A stretch of DNA of 64,000 bases from Gammaproteobacteria bacterium. GTDB taxonomy: Bacteria > Pseudomonadota > Gammaproteobacteria > Eutrophobiales > Eutrophobiaceae. The notes beneath the pieces were generated by a model. It was not told the DNA's origin, ran no database searches, and worked only from the letters and a program-made list of their open reading frames with translations. Shown piece by piece: positions 37,887 through 46,319 of the stretch (positions are counted from its first letter, which is position 1; each line of letters starts with the position of its first letter). The translations under genes were made by a program, and so were the position numbers. The stretch lies in NCBI GenBank assembly GCA_965208655.1, contig CBDBPJ010000003.1:449324-513323 (forward strand), given 5' to 3'.

Positions 37887-39113
37887 ATGAAAATATTGGT
37901 TTATGAAGATCTGCCCGCAATCGCCAAAAATTGGTCTGATAAGATACGCTTGGCTTGTAGTGGGGCAGATGTAGTAACCGCGAAACGTGAGGACTTTTTG
38001 CGTTTGTTAAAACTATTAAATCATCGGAGAACTGAATGGAGAAATGGAAGGATAGAATTCTCTTCGACCGAAGTGCATGTTGTTGACAACACAGATGTAA
38101 TCATAATTGATTATGACTTATTTCAATATTCGGATGCTGCGGACACTACAGGTAGCAGGTTGGCTTATCTTCTCCGCTGTTTCACTGAATGTGGGATCAT
38201 TATTGTTCTCAACGAGTATGGGAATAATGTCTTCGATCTAAAACTTGCCAACCCTCCTGAGGGGTTCGCTGATTTAAATGTCGGTGGCGAACAGATTGGA
38301 AACCCTGGCCTTTGGCAAGTTCCCTTCAATGGTTTTCGACCGTGGTATTGGCCTAATATCTCTCACGCGAGGAAAAACTTTGAGATATGTGTCAAGGAGG
38401 TTCAGGACAACCTTGAAAAGCCGATTATTGAGTTCTTAGGTCTGGACCGTGTGATCGACTGGATGCCGCAGCGTGCGTGGGACTTTGTCTTGGGTAAACA
38501 GATCGTTGAAGAGATAACATTTAATGATTTTATTAAAGATACCCACGGTGGTATTGACGACAAAGATAAGCTCATCCCGAAGCAGATAGCACGAGTTGCA
38601 GCGGCAAGAATCGGTGCATTACTCAACTCGATAATCCTGCCGGATCAAAGCCTGCTCGTGGATGCACCACATTTGATTTCGCGGTTTCCCAGTCTAATAT
38701 CAGGTTCACGTGATGACATCGAAACATGGAATAAACTATGCAATCCTATCGAACAAAAAATAGATAATTTATTGATTGAACGATTGAAACAATATAGGTT
38801 CCAAAAATCGCATTGGCTTTGGAGACCAGCTTGGTATTGGCCCGAAATTAATAGAGATGAAGAAATCGAAGAAGTGAAAAGCCCTTGGACGACAGTGGAC
38901 ATCGACTGGGTGTTTTGCGAAGATATATCTCGATTCGTGCCTATTGAGGATGCTAAAGACTTCAGAGCACTCGTTTCTCCACCGTATATTAAGCGCTTTG
39001 TGTTAGATAGTAATTCACCAGGCGGGCTGAAATACGTTGCACAGATAAGCCAAGTCGGGGCACCGGACCCGTCTAAAGTGAATTATGTGCCTCAAGCGGC
39101 GTTTGGCTTGTAG
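37887..39113 (+). CDS. Receiver (REC)-like N-domain protein with an uncharacterised about 290-aa C-terminal region containing two PWYWP motifs
   Basis: MKILVYEDL (beta1 acidic pair), DVIIIDYDL (beta3 Asp) and IIIVLNEYG (beta4) resemble CheY-like receivers. The start is chosen at the ATG 11 nt after AGGAG; alternative in-frame ATGs are at 37863 and 37878 (ATGA overlap with the upstream stop). Confidence 0.5.
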   Translation: MKILVYEDLPAIAKNWSDKIRLACSGADVVTAKREDFLRLLKLLNHRRTEWRNGRIEFSSTEVHVVDNTDVIIIDYDLFQYSDAADTTGSRLAYLLRCFTECGIIIVLNEYGNNVFDLKLANPPEGFADLNVGGEQIGNPGLWQVPFNGFRPWYWPNISHARKNFEICVKEVQDNLEKPIIEFLGLDRVIDWMPQRAWDFVLGKQIVEEITFNDFIKDTHGGIDDKDKLIPKQIARVAAARIGALLNSIILPDQSLLVDAPHLISRFPSLISGSRDDIETWNKLCNPIEQKIDNLLIERLKQYRFQKSHWLWRPAWYWPEINRDEEIEEVKSPWTTVDIDWVFCEDISRFVPIEDAKDFRALVSPPYIKRFVLDSNSPGGLKYVAQISQVGAPDPSKVNYVPQAAFGL

Positions 39114-39121
39114 AATCCGAC

Positions 39122-39766
39122 ATGCCCATTGAACCGGCAAATATTGCCGCTCGAATCGCCACATTTGATATCCTGTCCAGATTTTTACATGTGAGTCAAT
39201 GGAATTACAAAGATTTTACCCCGCTCCATGAAAAAACTTATAAGGAATATCACGAATTAGCGTTGCCGGTAGATATTATGCAACTTAAAAGAAATTTCGA
39301 TAATAACAAAGAAGTCGACATGATGGAGAGGAACATGTTTCTGTATCTTGAACCTACAAAGAGCAAGAGCATCTTGCCCCTCGTAACAATCCAGAGTTCT
39401 AATAAGTGGTGTCATTTCAGAATCTATGCGTTACTCACTATGCTCGACAGAGATTCGAACCTTCAATCACTGGCCATAAGATATGAGACCGACGAAGGAG
39501 ACGGTCAAATTGGGAGTGCAACTGGAGCACATGACTTTTGCCATGCACAGTTATGTAGATATATAACTGGTAAAGTTCCAGCCTCAACCCCTGCTTGGCT
39601 ACCAGAATCGCAACCTTCATTCCCACTAGATGCCGAAGATCAAATTGGTCTTGTAGTTTGCATGCTAACGTCGATTTACGGCGGCGCCCACGTACTTCGA
39701 AAATTAAGTGCCAGCGGAGACCGGGATCTTCGAAAGCACATGCGAAAAGTACGAGCATTGCGGTAA
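39122..39766 (+). CDS. Hypothetical protein, last gene of system A
   Basis: 214 aa, 8 nt after the upstream stop, same AT-rich codon usage. No motif is recognised with confidence (contains GAHDFCHAQLC and a C-terminal RDLRKH). Confidence 0.45.
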   Translation: MPIEPANIAARIATFDILSRFLHVSQWNYKDFTPLHEKTYKEYHELALPVDIMQLKRNFDNNKEVDMMERNMFLYLEPTKSKSILPLVTIQSSNKWCHFRIYALLTMLDRDSNLQSLAIRYETDEGDGQIGSATGAHDFCHAQLCRYITGKVPASTPAWLPESQPSFPLDAEDQIGLVVCMLTSIYGGAHVLRKLSASGDRDLRKHMRKVRALR

Positions 39767-39767
39767 T

Positions 39768-39974
39768 TTAGCATTGAAATATTCGGCCTGTCCTATCTAC
39801 CAGGGTTTCGTTATTCCATAGGACATCCAGCGCCAGTTTCAGACCTTCCTGTGAGGCCTTGGCTCCTCTGGCTTTGTCCTCATAGATTTTATCGCATTGC
39901 ACCTGGCGGGGTGCTTCATACTGCAAGCGTAAATCCTGATCCTGGGTGGATACCCAGGCATAACCGACTTGCAT
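39768..39974 (-). pseudogene. Serine recombinase N-terminal fragment
   Basis: MQVGYAWVSTQDQDLRLQYEA...IYEDKARGAKASQEGLKLALD matches the catalytic N-terminus (Y.RVST.DQ) of resolvases/invertases. It is truncated after about 60 residues, directly abutting the end of system A. Confidence 0.6.
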
Positions 39975-40242
39975 ACTTTCACCGATTTCTGAAAGCTATC
40001 GAATCTCGCCGCAGAACTCACCCGGCAGGGTAGTGACATACGCCACCAGTATTGTACCGCCGCCGCTCTCAGTCAGGTCAATCCCAAGTTGTGTGAACCG
40101 GACACATCCTTTTAACTTTTACTCGGGACCCTTGACCCTGTCCCCTTTCTTGATCCACGAACCATTTAGGAGGTCACGGAAAAAGAAACGGCGAGCCGTG
40201 ATAGAGGCAAGAAGAAAAAGTACTAGAAATCTTCACATTAGA

Positions 40243-40290
40243 CTGGACAGTTTTGGGCGCCAACTGCTGGATAGTTTTGGATGCCAATTG
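40243..40290 (+). repeat. Two tandem 24-bp repeats (CTGGACAGTTTTGGGCGCCAACTG / CTGGATAGTTTTGGATGCCAATTG)
   Basis: Read directly, 20/24 identical. They lie about 270 bp upstream of the recombinase fragment start. Confidence 0.5.
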
Positions 40291-40617
40291 ACAAAGCTCT
40301 TCTTTACCGATTACCATGTAGATCGTTGGTTGTCACAGGAAACAGCTCAAGATTGAGACATGGTCACTGGTCAGGGCCGGGACAATGTGGTTCGGGTCGT
40401 TCCGAGCAGTCCGTGTGGTTCAGTCATATGCTCTCTAAGAGATGGCGAAGGGCTGCTTTCTCCTGGCACAAGCCCGATTCGCTATGAGCACAGGGCTTGC
40501 CCTAACTCAGCGGTTGGGGAAATCAGCTCTTTCTCGACCAGGCCGTTCATCTCGTACCAATTGAACGAGTTGTTCTGTAAATCGAATAGACAAACAGGAC
40601 TCTGAAGGATAATTGCG

Positions 40618-41484
40618 ATGCGCGCTACCGTCTACAACCTCAAGCATCACGCCTCGGCACCGTTGGCACAGTGGCTGATCCACGCGGCGAAGCGCCGGTC
40701 GTCGGTCACTTACGGCGAGGCAAAGCGGCGACTGGAAACAGAGTTGGAGTTCGATTCCATCTTCCCAACCAGGATGGGTATCCCCGCCGGTGCGCTGATG
40801 TATCGGATCCTCGAAATCCAACCCGACTGTCCCTTGCTCAACATCCTGCTGGTACGGCAAGATGACTGCATGCCGGGCGATGGCGCTGGCCCATTCATGG
40901 CCAACTATCTTGAGCAGCCCCAGCTCGCCAAGCCCGGATACCGCAACAAGCACCGGCGGCGATGGGGCTCCGCATGTGGCGAAATCGCGACCGACGTCTA
41001 TGCCTTCAAGGACTGGGAACAGATCTACCGCAAGGCGTTCGGCGAGCGTCTTCCGGCTGCCACCAGTCCCCGGGGCACTGAACACGACGGCATCAGCTAC
41101 ACGAGAAAAGGCGAAGGTCCCAACCACAAGGCGCTCCGCCTATGGATTAGGGACAATCCGGGCCGAGTTCGACGAGGCTACGCGGACTTTGATACCGACA
41201 CCGAAGTCGTTCTGGACTCTGCGGACAAGGTCGACGTCGTCTACTACGGCTCCATGTCGACCGTCGTCATCGAAGTCAAGTCAATCGATTCGAACGATGC
41301 CGACCTCAGGCGCGGAGTCTTCCAGTGCATCAAGTACCGCGCAGTCATGGAGGCCATGGATATGGGATCAAAAATGCAGGTTGTCCCCGTGCTGGTCACC
41401 CAGAAGCCGATTCCTGGCGACCTTGCTTATCTCGTCCGGCGCCACGGCATCTGGCATTTCAAAGCGCCCCGCACGCTTGAGTAA
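40618..41484 (+). CDS. Hypothetical protein with PD-(D/E)XK-like C-terminal core
   Basis: 288 aa, high GC. The C-terminal DKVDVVYYG...VVIEVKS...QCIKY fits a D...E.K restriction-endonuclease-like fold, preceded by a GEGPNHKALRLWI segment. Confidence 0.4.
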   Translation: MRATVYNLKHHASAPLAQWLIHAAKRRSSVTYGEAKRRLETELEFDSIFPTRMGIPAGALMYRILEIQPDCPLLNILLVRQDDCMPGDGAGPFMANYLEQPQLAKPGYRNKHRRRWGSACGEIATDVYAFKDWEQIYRKAFGERLPAATSPRGTEHDGISYTRKGEGPNHKALRLWIRDNPGRVRRGYADFDTDTEVVLDSADKVDVVYYGSMSTVVIEVKSIDSNDADLRRGVFQCIKYRAVMEAMDMGSKMQVVPVLVTQKPIPGDLAYLVRRHGIWHFKAPRTLE

Positions 41485-41570
41485 TGCGCGGTGACCCGCT
41501 CCAGTTCCTTGAGGATTCGTGCCTGGGAGGCGCGTTATATTGCCCATTCCGACGGTCGTCTCCTCCCCGG

Positions 41571-42195
41571 TGTGCAAAAACAATAAAGTGTCATACTTAC
41601 AAAAAAGTATCATACTTTGTACGCTAGACTTGGGTTCTTAACACTCCGTGTTCGGAGTGGCCGTTGAAGGTTTTTTAAGGTGTTCTTGTGATGCTGACGA
41701 GTATCGCGGTTATCCGAGAGCGATACTGAGCACGGTAACGAATATAGCAATCTGGAGGGCAGTGTTGTAGTTGATTTTGGTTTCAACTTTAATTAGACGT
41801 TGTTCGGTATTTGTCACACGTTCTTCAATGTTTTTGATACTTTCTGGTTGTTCAAGACTGCTTACCGCTTGTTTGGCTTTTTCTTCGGATACGTTTGGTA
41901 TCTCGCGTAGTACTTCGTAAAGGTCTATTGCGCTTATTATGATTACCTTGTGATTAATAGCATGGGATTGGATATTTTTTGTAAATCTGGGTCCAGTTTT
42001 TGTTTATTTGCTATGTTATGCAGGGAATCTTGGGGTTTGATAAGTATGATAGCTTGTATGTATTCGTTAGGGGTTCAGTGTAAAAAAAATAGAAAGTATG
42101 ATACTTTTAATTTTCTCCTAAAAACCCCCTCAGTAAAATCAATAACATACAATAGTGAAAGTATGACGCTTTATTGTTTTCTACACGACTTTATT
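41571..42195. mobile_element. Non-autonomous Tn7-like mini-element 1 (R-like end at 41571, L-like end at 42195), no clear TSD
   Basis: The termini are TGTGCAAAAACAATAAAGTGTCATACTTAC + AAAAAAGTATCATACTTT (packed repeats) and, inverted, TGTAGAAAACAATAAAGCGTCATACTTTCAC plus two spaced AAGTATCATACT-type repeats (42091-42108, 42041-42056). There is no transposase inside. Confidence 0.55.
41710..41937 (-). pseudogene. Diverged copy of the mini-element small ORF lacking a canonical start (ATA instead of ATG)
   Basis: The translation (I)SAIDLYEVLREIPNVSEEKAKQAV...ALQIAIFVTVLSIALG* parallels MSTIDLYQVLRQIPNVTEEQAKQAA... of 56010-56249. No ATG, GTG or TTG start lies in frame upstream. Confidence 0.35.
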
Positions 42196-43012
42196 CGTGG
42201 TCTATGTGCAGATTTATTCTTTATCGTCTCGTTCGGCCAGGTATCGTGCCAAGCGGAACATGCCGAGGAAACCAAAAAGTATTACAAACAGGGTAATCAG
42301 GGCCGTTGTATTCATGTTAGTTCTCCGGGCTCGCTGCCCATATCAGTATCATGCCGACTGCTACACTGGACACGGTCAGTATTAACTGGTCTGAGTAGAA
42401 CATACCTGTAATAAAGCCAGTGCCGGTTATGATAACGCCTACCTGCCGTCCTGCAGTGTAGAGATGGTCAAAGTTTCGTTACATTTTGTTTCCCTATAGT
42501 ATAGCGCATTTATAACGTGCACGGTGTCAACGCATGTGGGGTGTAGGCGGGACGCCCCTGTCCGCGGGGATAGGGTGCCGGCAGGGGCGTTGGTGTCTTG
42601 GATGAGCCGGATCAACGGCTGCTGGGGACGTCGAGGGGTGAATACGCGGGGGTGAGGGTGTGCGGTGGAACGGCCGGTATCGGGAGTGGTATCTGTTCTT
42701 CGATGTGTCCCGTGAAATCCGCTTTGTCCAGGTTGCCGGTCAGAAAGGCTACTAATGCGCCGGGGACATATTTGAAGTAGTACACCTGCCGAACCCGGCC
42801 GGCCAGGGGCGTATCATTTTTATTACAGGCTGATGAGTCTGCTCACCGGCTGAAACGGCTGGTTCCAGGCCATAGCCAACGCTTAGGGCCGGTTATTTAA
42901 ATCGTTTGGAGGCGATTGACAACTGGCGATTTCGGCCGAAATTATAAGTTGTTCTCGCACCTAAGGTATCAAGTGATATAATTTAGAGCATGAAGATTGC
43001 AGAGTTATTGCC

Positions 43013-43288
43013 ATGAAAACGCTCCCTGCAGAGGTGTCAAAGTACGCCACCAGCCCTGAATTCACGGAAGAAACCATCCCTGGGAATCTGAAGAAGTCCC
43101 ACCTGACTAAACATGAGACATGGGCAAAAATTGTGATTCTGGAAGGAACATTACGATACCGCATTCTTGAGCCGGTGCTGGAAGAGGTCAATCTTTCTCT
43201 CAGCAACTATGGGGTCGTGGAGCCGGAGGTCCCGCATGAGGTCGAAGCGATAGGGAAGGTGCGTTTTTATTTGGAGTTTTATCGCTAG
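43013..43288 (+). CDS. DUF1971 (TehB/YeaR-like) domain protein
   Basis: 91 aa. The pattern TPEFTEETIP..L.K.H.TK..TWAKI.ILEG.L.Y is as recalled for YeaR/TehB-associated DUF1971. Confidence 0.55.
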   Translation: MKTLPAEVSKYATSPEFTEETIPGNLKKSHLTKHETWAKIVILEGTLRYRILEPVLEEVNLSLSNYGVVEPEVPHEVEAIGKVRFYLEFYR

Positions 43289-43864
43289 TGTTTGACGACA
43301 GTTAACTTGGCCGGTTCATTCCAGGCGCACGCGCTACCCAGCATTCAATGTAGCCGGAAAATCGCCCGCCACCGCCAGGATGTCTTCGAATGCCGGCACC
43401 TCGCCAATGCCGGCCATGATCAACCGGTAGAGGCCGTAGTAGTGCCGTGCCATGCCGTGCTGGTGTATTTTATTGGCTTTTGGACGAGAGGTTTCCCGTC
43501 AGGGATTCGAGCCTGAATTACAACTCGTTGATATAACTGGAATTTATAAAATCTGAAATATCCTTACCAACGAAAAAACCAACAGAGCATTAAGGGTATT
43601 CCAGTATTTGAGCCGATATTATAGGCGAATTATTCTACGGGCGTCATTAAGCCCTCTAAAACGACCAAAGGAAATTTCAGTCACAAGGATTTATCTAACC
43701 CTAAATCTTGACGAGGTTTTGGGAGCACAATATTCAATTCACTAGTCCTGTCAACTTGCCATGGAAACAATGAATCAAGACATCTCAATGCGTTCCTTAG
43801 TGCTTAATTCCTGTCAATGCAGTAACCAATGAATAAATCCAATGCACAATAATACACACATGTG

Positions 43865-43894
43865 TTGATAATTGCGCAGTTGAGTGACTATAAT
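43865..43894 (+). promoter_or_regulatory. Sigma70-like promoter TTGATA-18 nt-TATAAT upstream of the RHH gene
   Basis: Read directly: TTGATA at 43865-43870 and TATAAT at 43889-43894, about 24 nt before the ATG at 43918. Confidence 0.45.
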
Positions 43895-43917
43895 ACCAGA
43901 CATGGGGTCCAACGAAA

Positions 43918-44112
43918 ATGGCTGAACTGGTTCGCGTGCAGGTGCTGATGCCGAAGCCACAGGCAGTTCGTTTTGATACCTATTGCCGTGATAAAGGATA
44001 CAAGAAGTCAACGCTGATCGCACGTCTCGTCCGAGAGTATCTTGACAGGGAAACTTTCACTCCACAGTCGGAACTGTTCAGTCGAGAGCAACAGGAGTTC
44101 CAAGACGTGTGA
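43918..44112 (+). CDS. Ribbon-helix-helix (CopG/Arc-like) protein, candidate controller of system B
   Basis: 64 aa. VRVQVLMPKPQAVRFDTYCRDKGYKKSTLIARLVREYL fits the beta-strand/helix/helix RHH pattern. Its stop overlaps the GTG start of dcm (GTGA). Confidence 0.6.
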   Translation: MAELVRVQVLMPKPQAVRFDTYCRDKGYKKSTLIARLVREYLDRETFTPQSELFSREQQEFQDV

Positions 44113-45680
44113 CGGATCGAATCATTCACAATAAAATTTCGAGACTTCGAATTGGTGCGCAGCCGCGTGTGCTCTCTCTTTTTTCCGGATGCGGTGGACT
44201 TTCTCTCGGCTTCAGTGCAGCGGGGTTTGAGATTACAGCTGCAATTGAGAACAACCCAAAAGCGGCAGCCTCCTACGGTAAAAATTTTCATGCGGATGTA
44301 AAACGGCATTCAGTGCACCGCGATATCACATCGACAACTCCCGGCCTGCTTGTACGGGCATTGAAACTCGGCAGGATGGCGGAAGCCTTCGACATCATCA
44401 TTGGTGGTCCGCCATGTCAACCTTTCGCTCGGGTAGGTAGATCGAAACTACGGGAAATTGAGGCGGACCCTGAAGCATTTCGTAACGACCCCCGTGCCAA
44501 GCTATATACAGCATACCTCAGATACGTGAAGTCCTGTCGCCCCCTTGCAATTCTGATAGAAAATGTCCCGGATATCATGAATTTCGGTGGTCATAATGTG
44601 CCCGAGGAAATATGCGAAGTTTTGGAAGACCTTGGCTATGTCTGCGCCTATTCACTGTTGAACGCCGCATTTTACGGCGTGCCCCAGACACGCGAACGCA
44701 TGTTTTTGATCGCATATCACCGCAAACTTGCCTCAAGTGTCAGTTTCCCTGAACCGACACATTACATTGATCTGCCTTCCGGCTATGAAAGTTCACGACG
44801 GGTCGCGCTGAAAATGTTGACAAACGGTAATATGTCCACATCAGCGCACAGGTATGTGGATCCACCGAAGTCCGCAAATGGCCTGCAACCTGCCGTAACG
44901 GCTGAAAAGGCGATCGCCGATTTGCCCGAAATAGACGCGCAGAAACTGTTGACCACTGGCGTCCTGAAACGCGGTGTACGTCGTTTTAACACACTGATAC
45001 CATACGATGATAGCCGCTCAGTTTCGGAATATGCCCAGTTGATGAAGAGTTGGTCCGGGTTTGAGGGCGGGGAAGGTGTCTATGATCACGTAATTCGATA
45101 CCTTCCACGCGATTACCCACTTTTTGCACGTATGAAAGAAGGTGACCAGTACCCGGAAGCACACAAATTAGCGCTGAAGATGTTTGATGAAAAGTTGGCG
45201 GAACATACCGGAAAGGGGGTCTGCATCAAACCGGATTCGGTGAAATATGAAGAGCTGAAAGGCTCAGTCGTGCCGCCTTACGATGCAGGTAAATTTCCGA
45301 ACAAATGGCGGAAGATTGCACGAGATCAGCCGGTGCGCACAGTAATGGCGCATTTGAGTAAGGACGGATACAGCCATATCCATTACGACGATTCCCAAGC
45401 TCGGACAATTTCAGTACGGGAAGCAGCGCGGCTTCAGTCATTCCCGGACGGATTCGTGTTCACTGGTGCAATGAACCAAGCGTTCCAGCAGATAGGGAAC
45501 GCAGTTCCTCCCTTAATGGCCAAAGCGATCGCTTTGGAAATCATGAAGAAGATCCGAACGTCGGCAAATACCCATTCGAGGCAACTTCCGTATCGAATCA
45601 AAGATGCATCTGAGACTGAAACTGGATTACCGAGCGCTGCATACAGCCAACCCGCGATGGGTGAGACGGTTGAAACTTGA
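44109..45680 (+). CDS. dcm: DNA (cytosine-5)-methyltransferase (system B)
   Basis: 523 aa. Motif I FSGCGGLSLGF, motif IV GGPPCQPFA, motif VI ENVP, motif VIII QTRERMFLIA, motif X GNAVPPLMA, with a long variable target-recognition region. Confidence 0.9.
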   Translation: MTDRIIHNKISRLRIGAQPRVLSLFSGCGGLSLGFSAAGFEITAAIENNPKAAASYGKNFHADVKRHSVHRDITSTTPGLLVRALKLGRMAEAFDIIIGGPPCQPFARVGRSKLREIEADPEAFRNDPRAKLYTAYLRYVKSCRPLAILIENVPDIMNFGGHNVPEEICEVLEDLGYVCAYSLLNAAFYGVPQTRERMFLIAYHRKLASSVSFPEPTHYIDLPSGYESSRRVALKMLTNGNMSTSAHRYVDPPKSANGLQPAVTAEKAIADLPEIDAQKLLTTGVLKRGVRRFNTLIPYDDSRSVSEYAQLMKSWSGFEGGEGVYDHVIRYLPRDYPLFARMKEGDQYPEAHKLALKMFDEKLAEHTGKGVCIKPDSVKYEELKGSVVPPYDAGKFPNKWRKIARDQPVRTVMAHLSKDGYSHIHYDDSQARTISVREAARLQSFPDGFVFTGAMNQAFQQIGNAVPPLMAKAIALEIMKKIRTSANTHSRQLPYRIKDASETETGLPSAAYSQPAMGETVET

Positions 45681-45699
45681 TCCTACAGATGCGTTAACT

Positions 45700-46191
45700 G
45701 TGGAAGACAGAGGCACAGATGTATTAACTCCAGAACAGCGTCACTTGGTGATGAGTCGGATAAGGGGCAAGGACACCAAACCTGAACTGCTAATCAGGTA
45801 TGGGCTTCACCAGCGAGGCCTGCGATACAGGCTACATGGGGCGGATATACCTGGCAAACCAGATCTGGTGTTTCCGAAGTATCGAACTGTGGTTTTTGTG
45901 CACGGATGCTTCTGGCACGGTCACGGATGCTCACTGTTCAGGTGGCCAAAAACCCGTGCAGCGTTTTGGAATTCCAAGATCAGCCGCAACATTGAACGAG
46001 ACCGGGAGGTGCGGGTTGCCTTGAAGACGGCCGAGTGGCGCTCGATTGTGGTTTGGGAATGCGCCTTGAAAGGTAAGTTCAGGTGGGCACTGTCGGATGT
46101 GCTGAGTGACGTAGAAGCCTTTATCAGGCACGGCTGTGAGTATGTTGACGAAATTGCCGAATACGAGAATATAGCCAGAAGCGCATTGTGA
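45700..46191 (+). CDS. vsr: Very short patch repair endonuclease (start uncertain; the listed ORF begins at 45604 inside dcm)
   Basis: TPEQRHLVMSRIRGKDTKPE, PGKPDLVFPKYRTVVFVHGCFWHGH, WRSIVVWECA. The in-frame GTG at 45700 lies 19 nt after the dcm stop. Confidence 0.85.
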   Translation: MEDRGTDVLTPEQRHLVMSRIRGKDTKPELLIRYGLHQRGLRYRLHGADIPGKPDLVFPKYRTVVFVHGCFWHGHGCSLFRWPKTRAAFWNSKISRNIERDREVRVALKTAEWRSIVVWECALKGKFRWALSDVLSDVEAFIRHGCEYVDEIAEYENIARSAL

Positions 46192-46319
46192 ATGTACCAT
46201 GATGGCATGATTTTCGAGGATTGCACAAATTCAATCAGGTTTTGCAATATCTCTGCATGCATTGACATGCCCGGAAGGCGCCAAGTGCCGAGTAAGTGTT
46301 GACTGCACGGGACGCAGCA

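Noticed and set aside
32420-39974. Simple model in which system A inserted into one resolvase gene and split it in two
   Set aside because: The fragments cover roughly residues 1-60 and the last 50 residues or so, with the middle of the gene missing. Unrelated GC-rich debris lies next to the C-terminal piece. A single clean insertion cannot explain this.
43478-43516. tRNA-like T-arm (TCAGGGATTCGAGCCTGA), a possible tRNA gene or att remnant
   Set aside because: The loop would be 8 nt rather than 7. No D-arm, anticodon arm or acceptor stem can be built on either strand. At most it is a decayed fragment.
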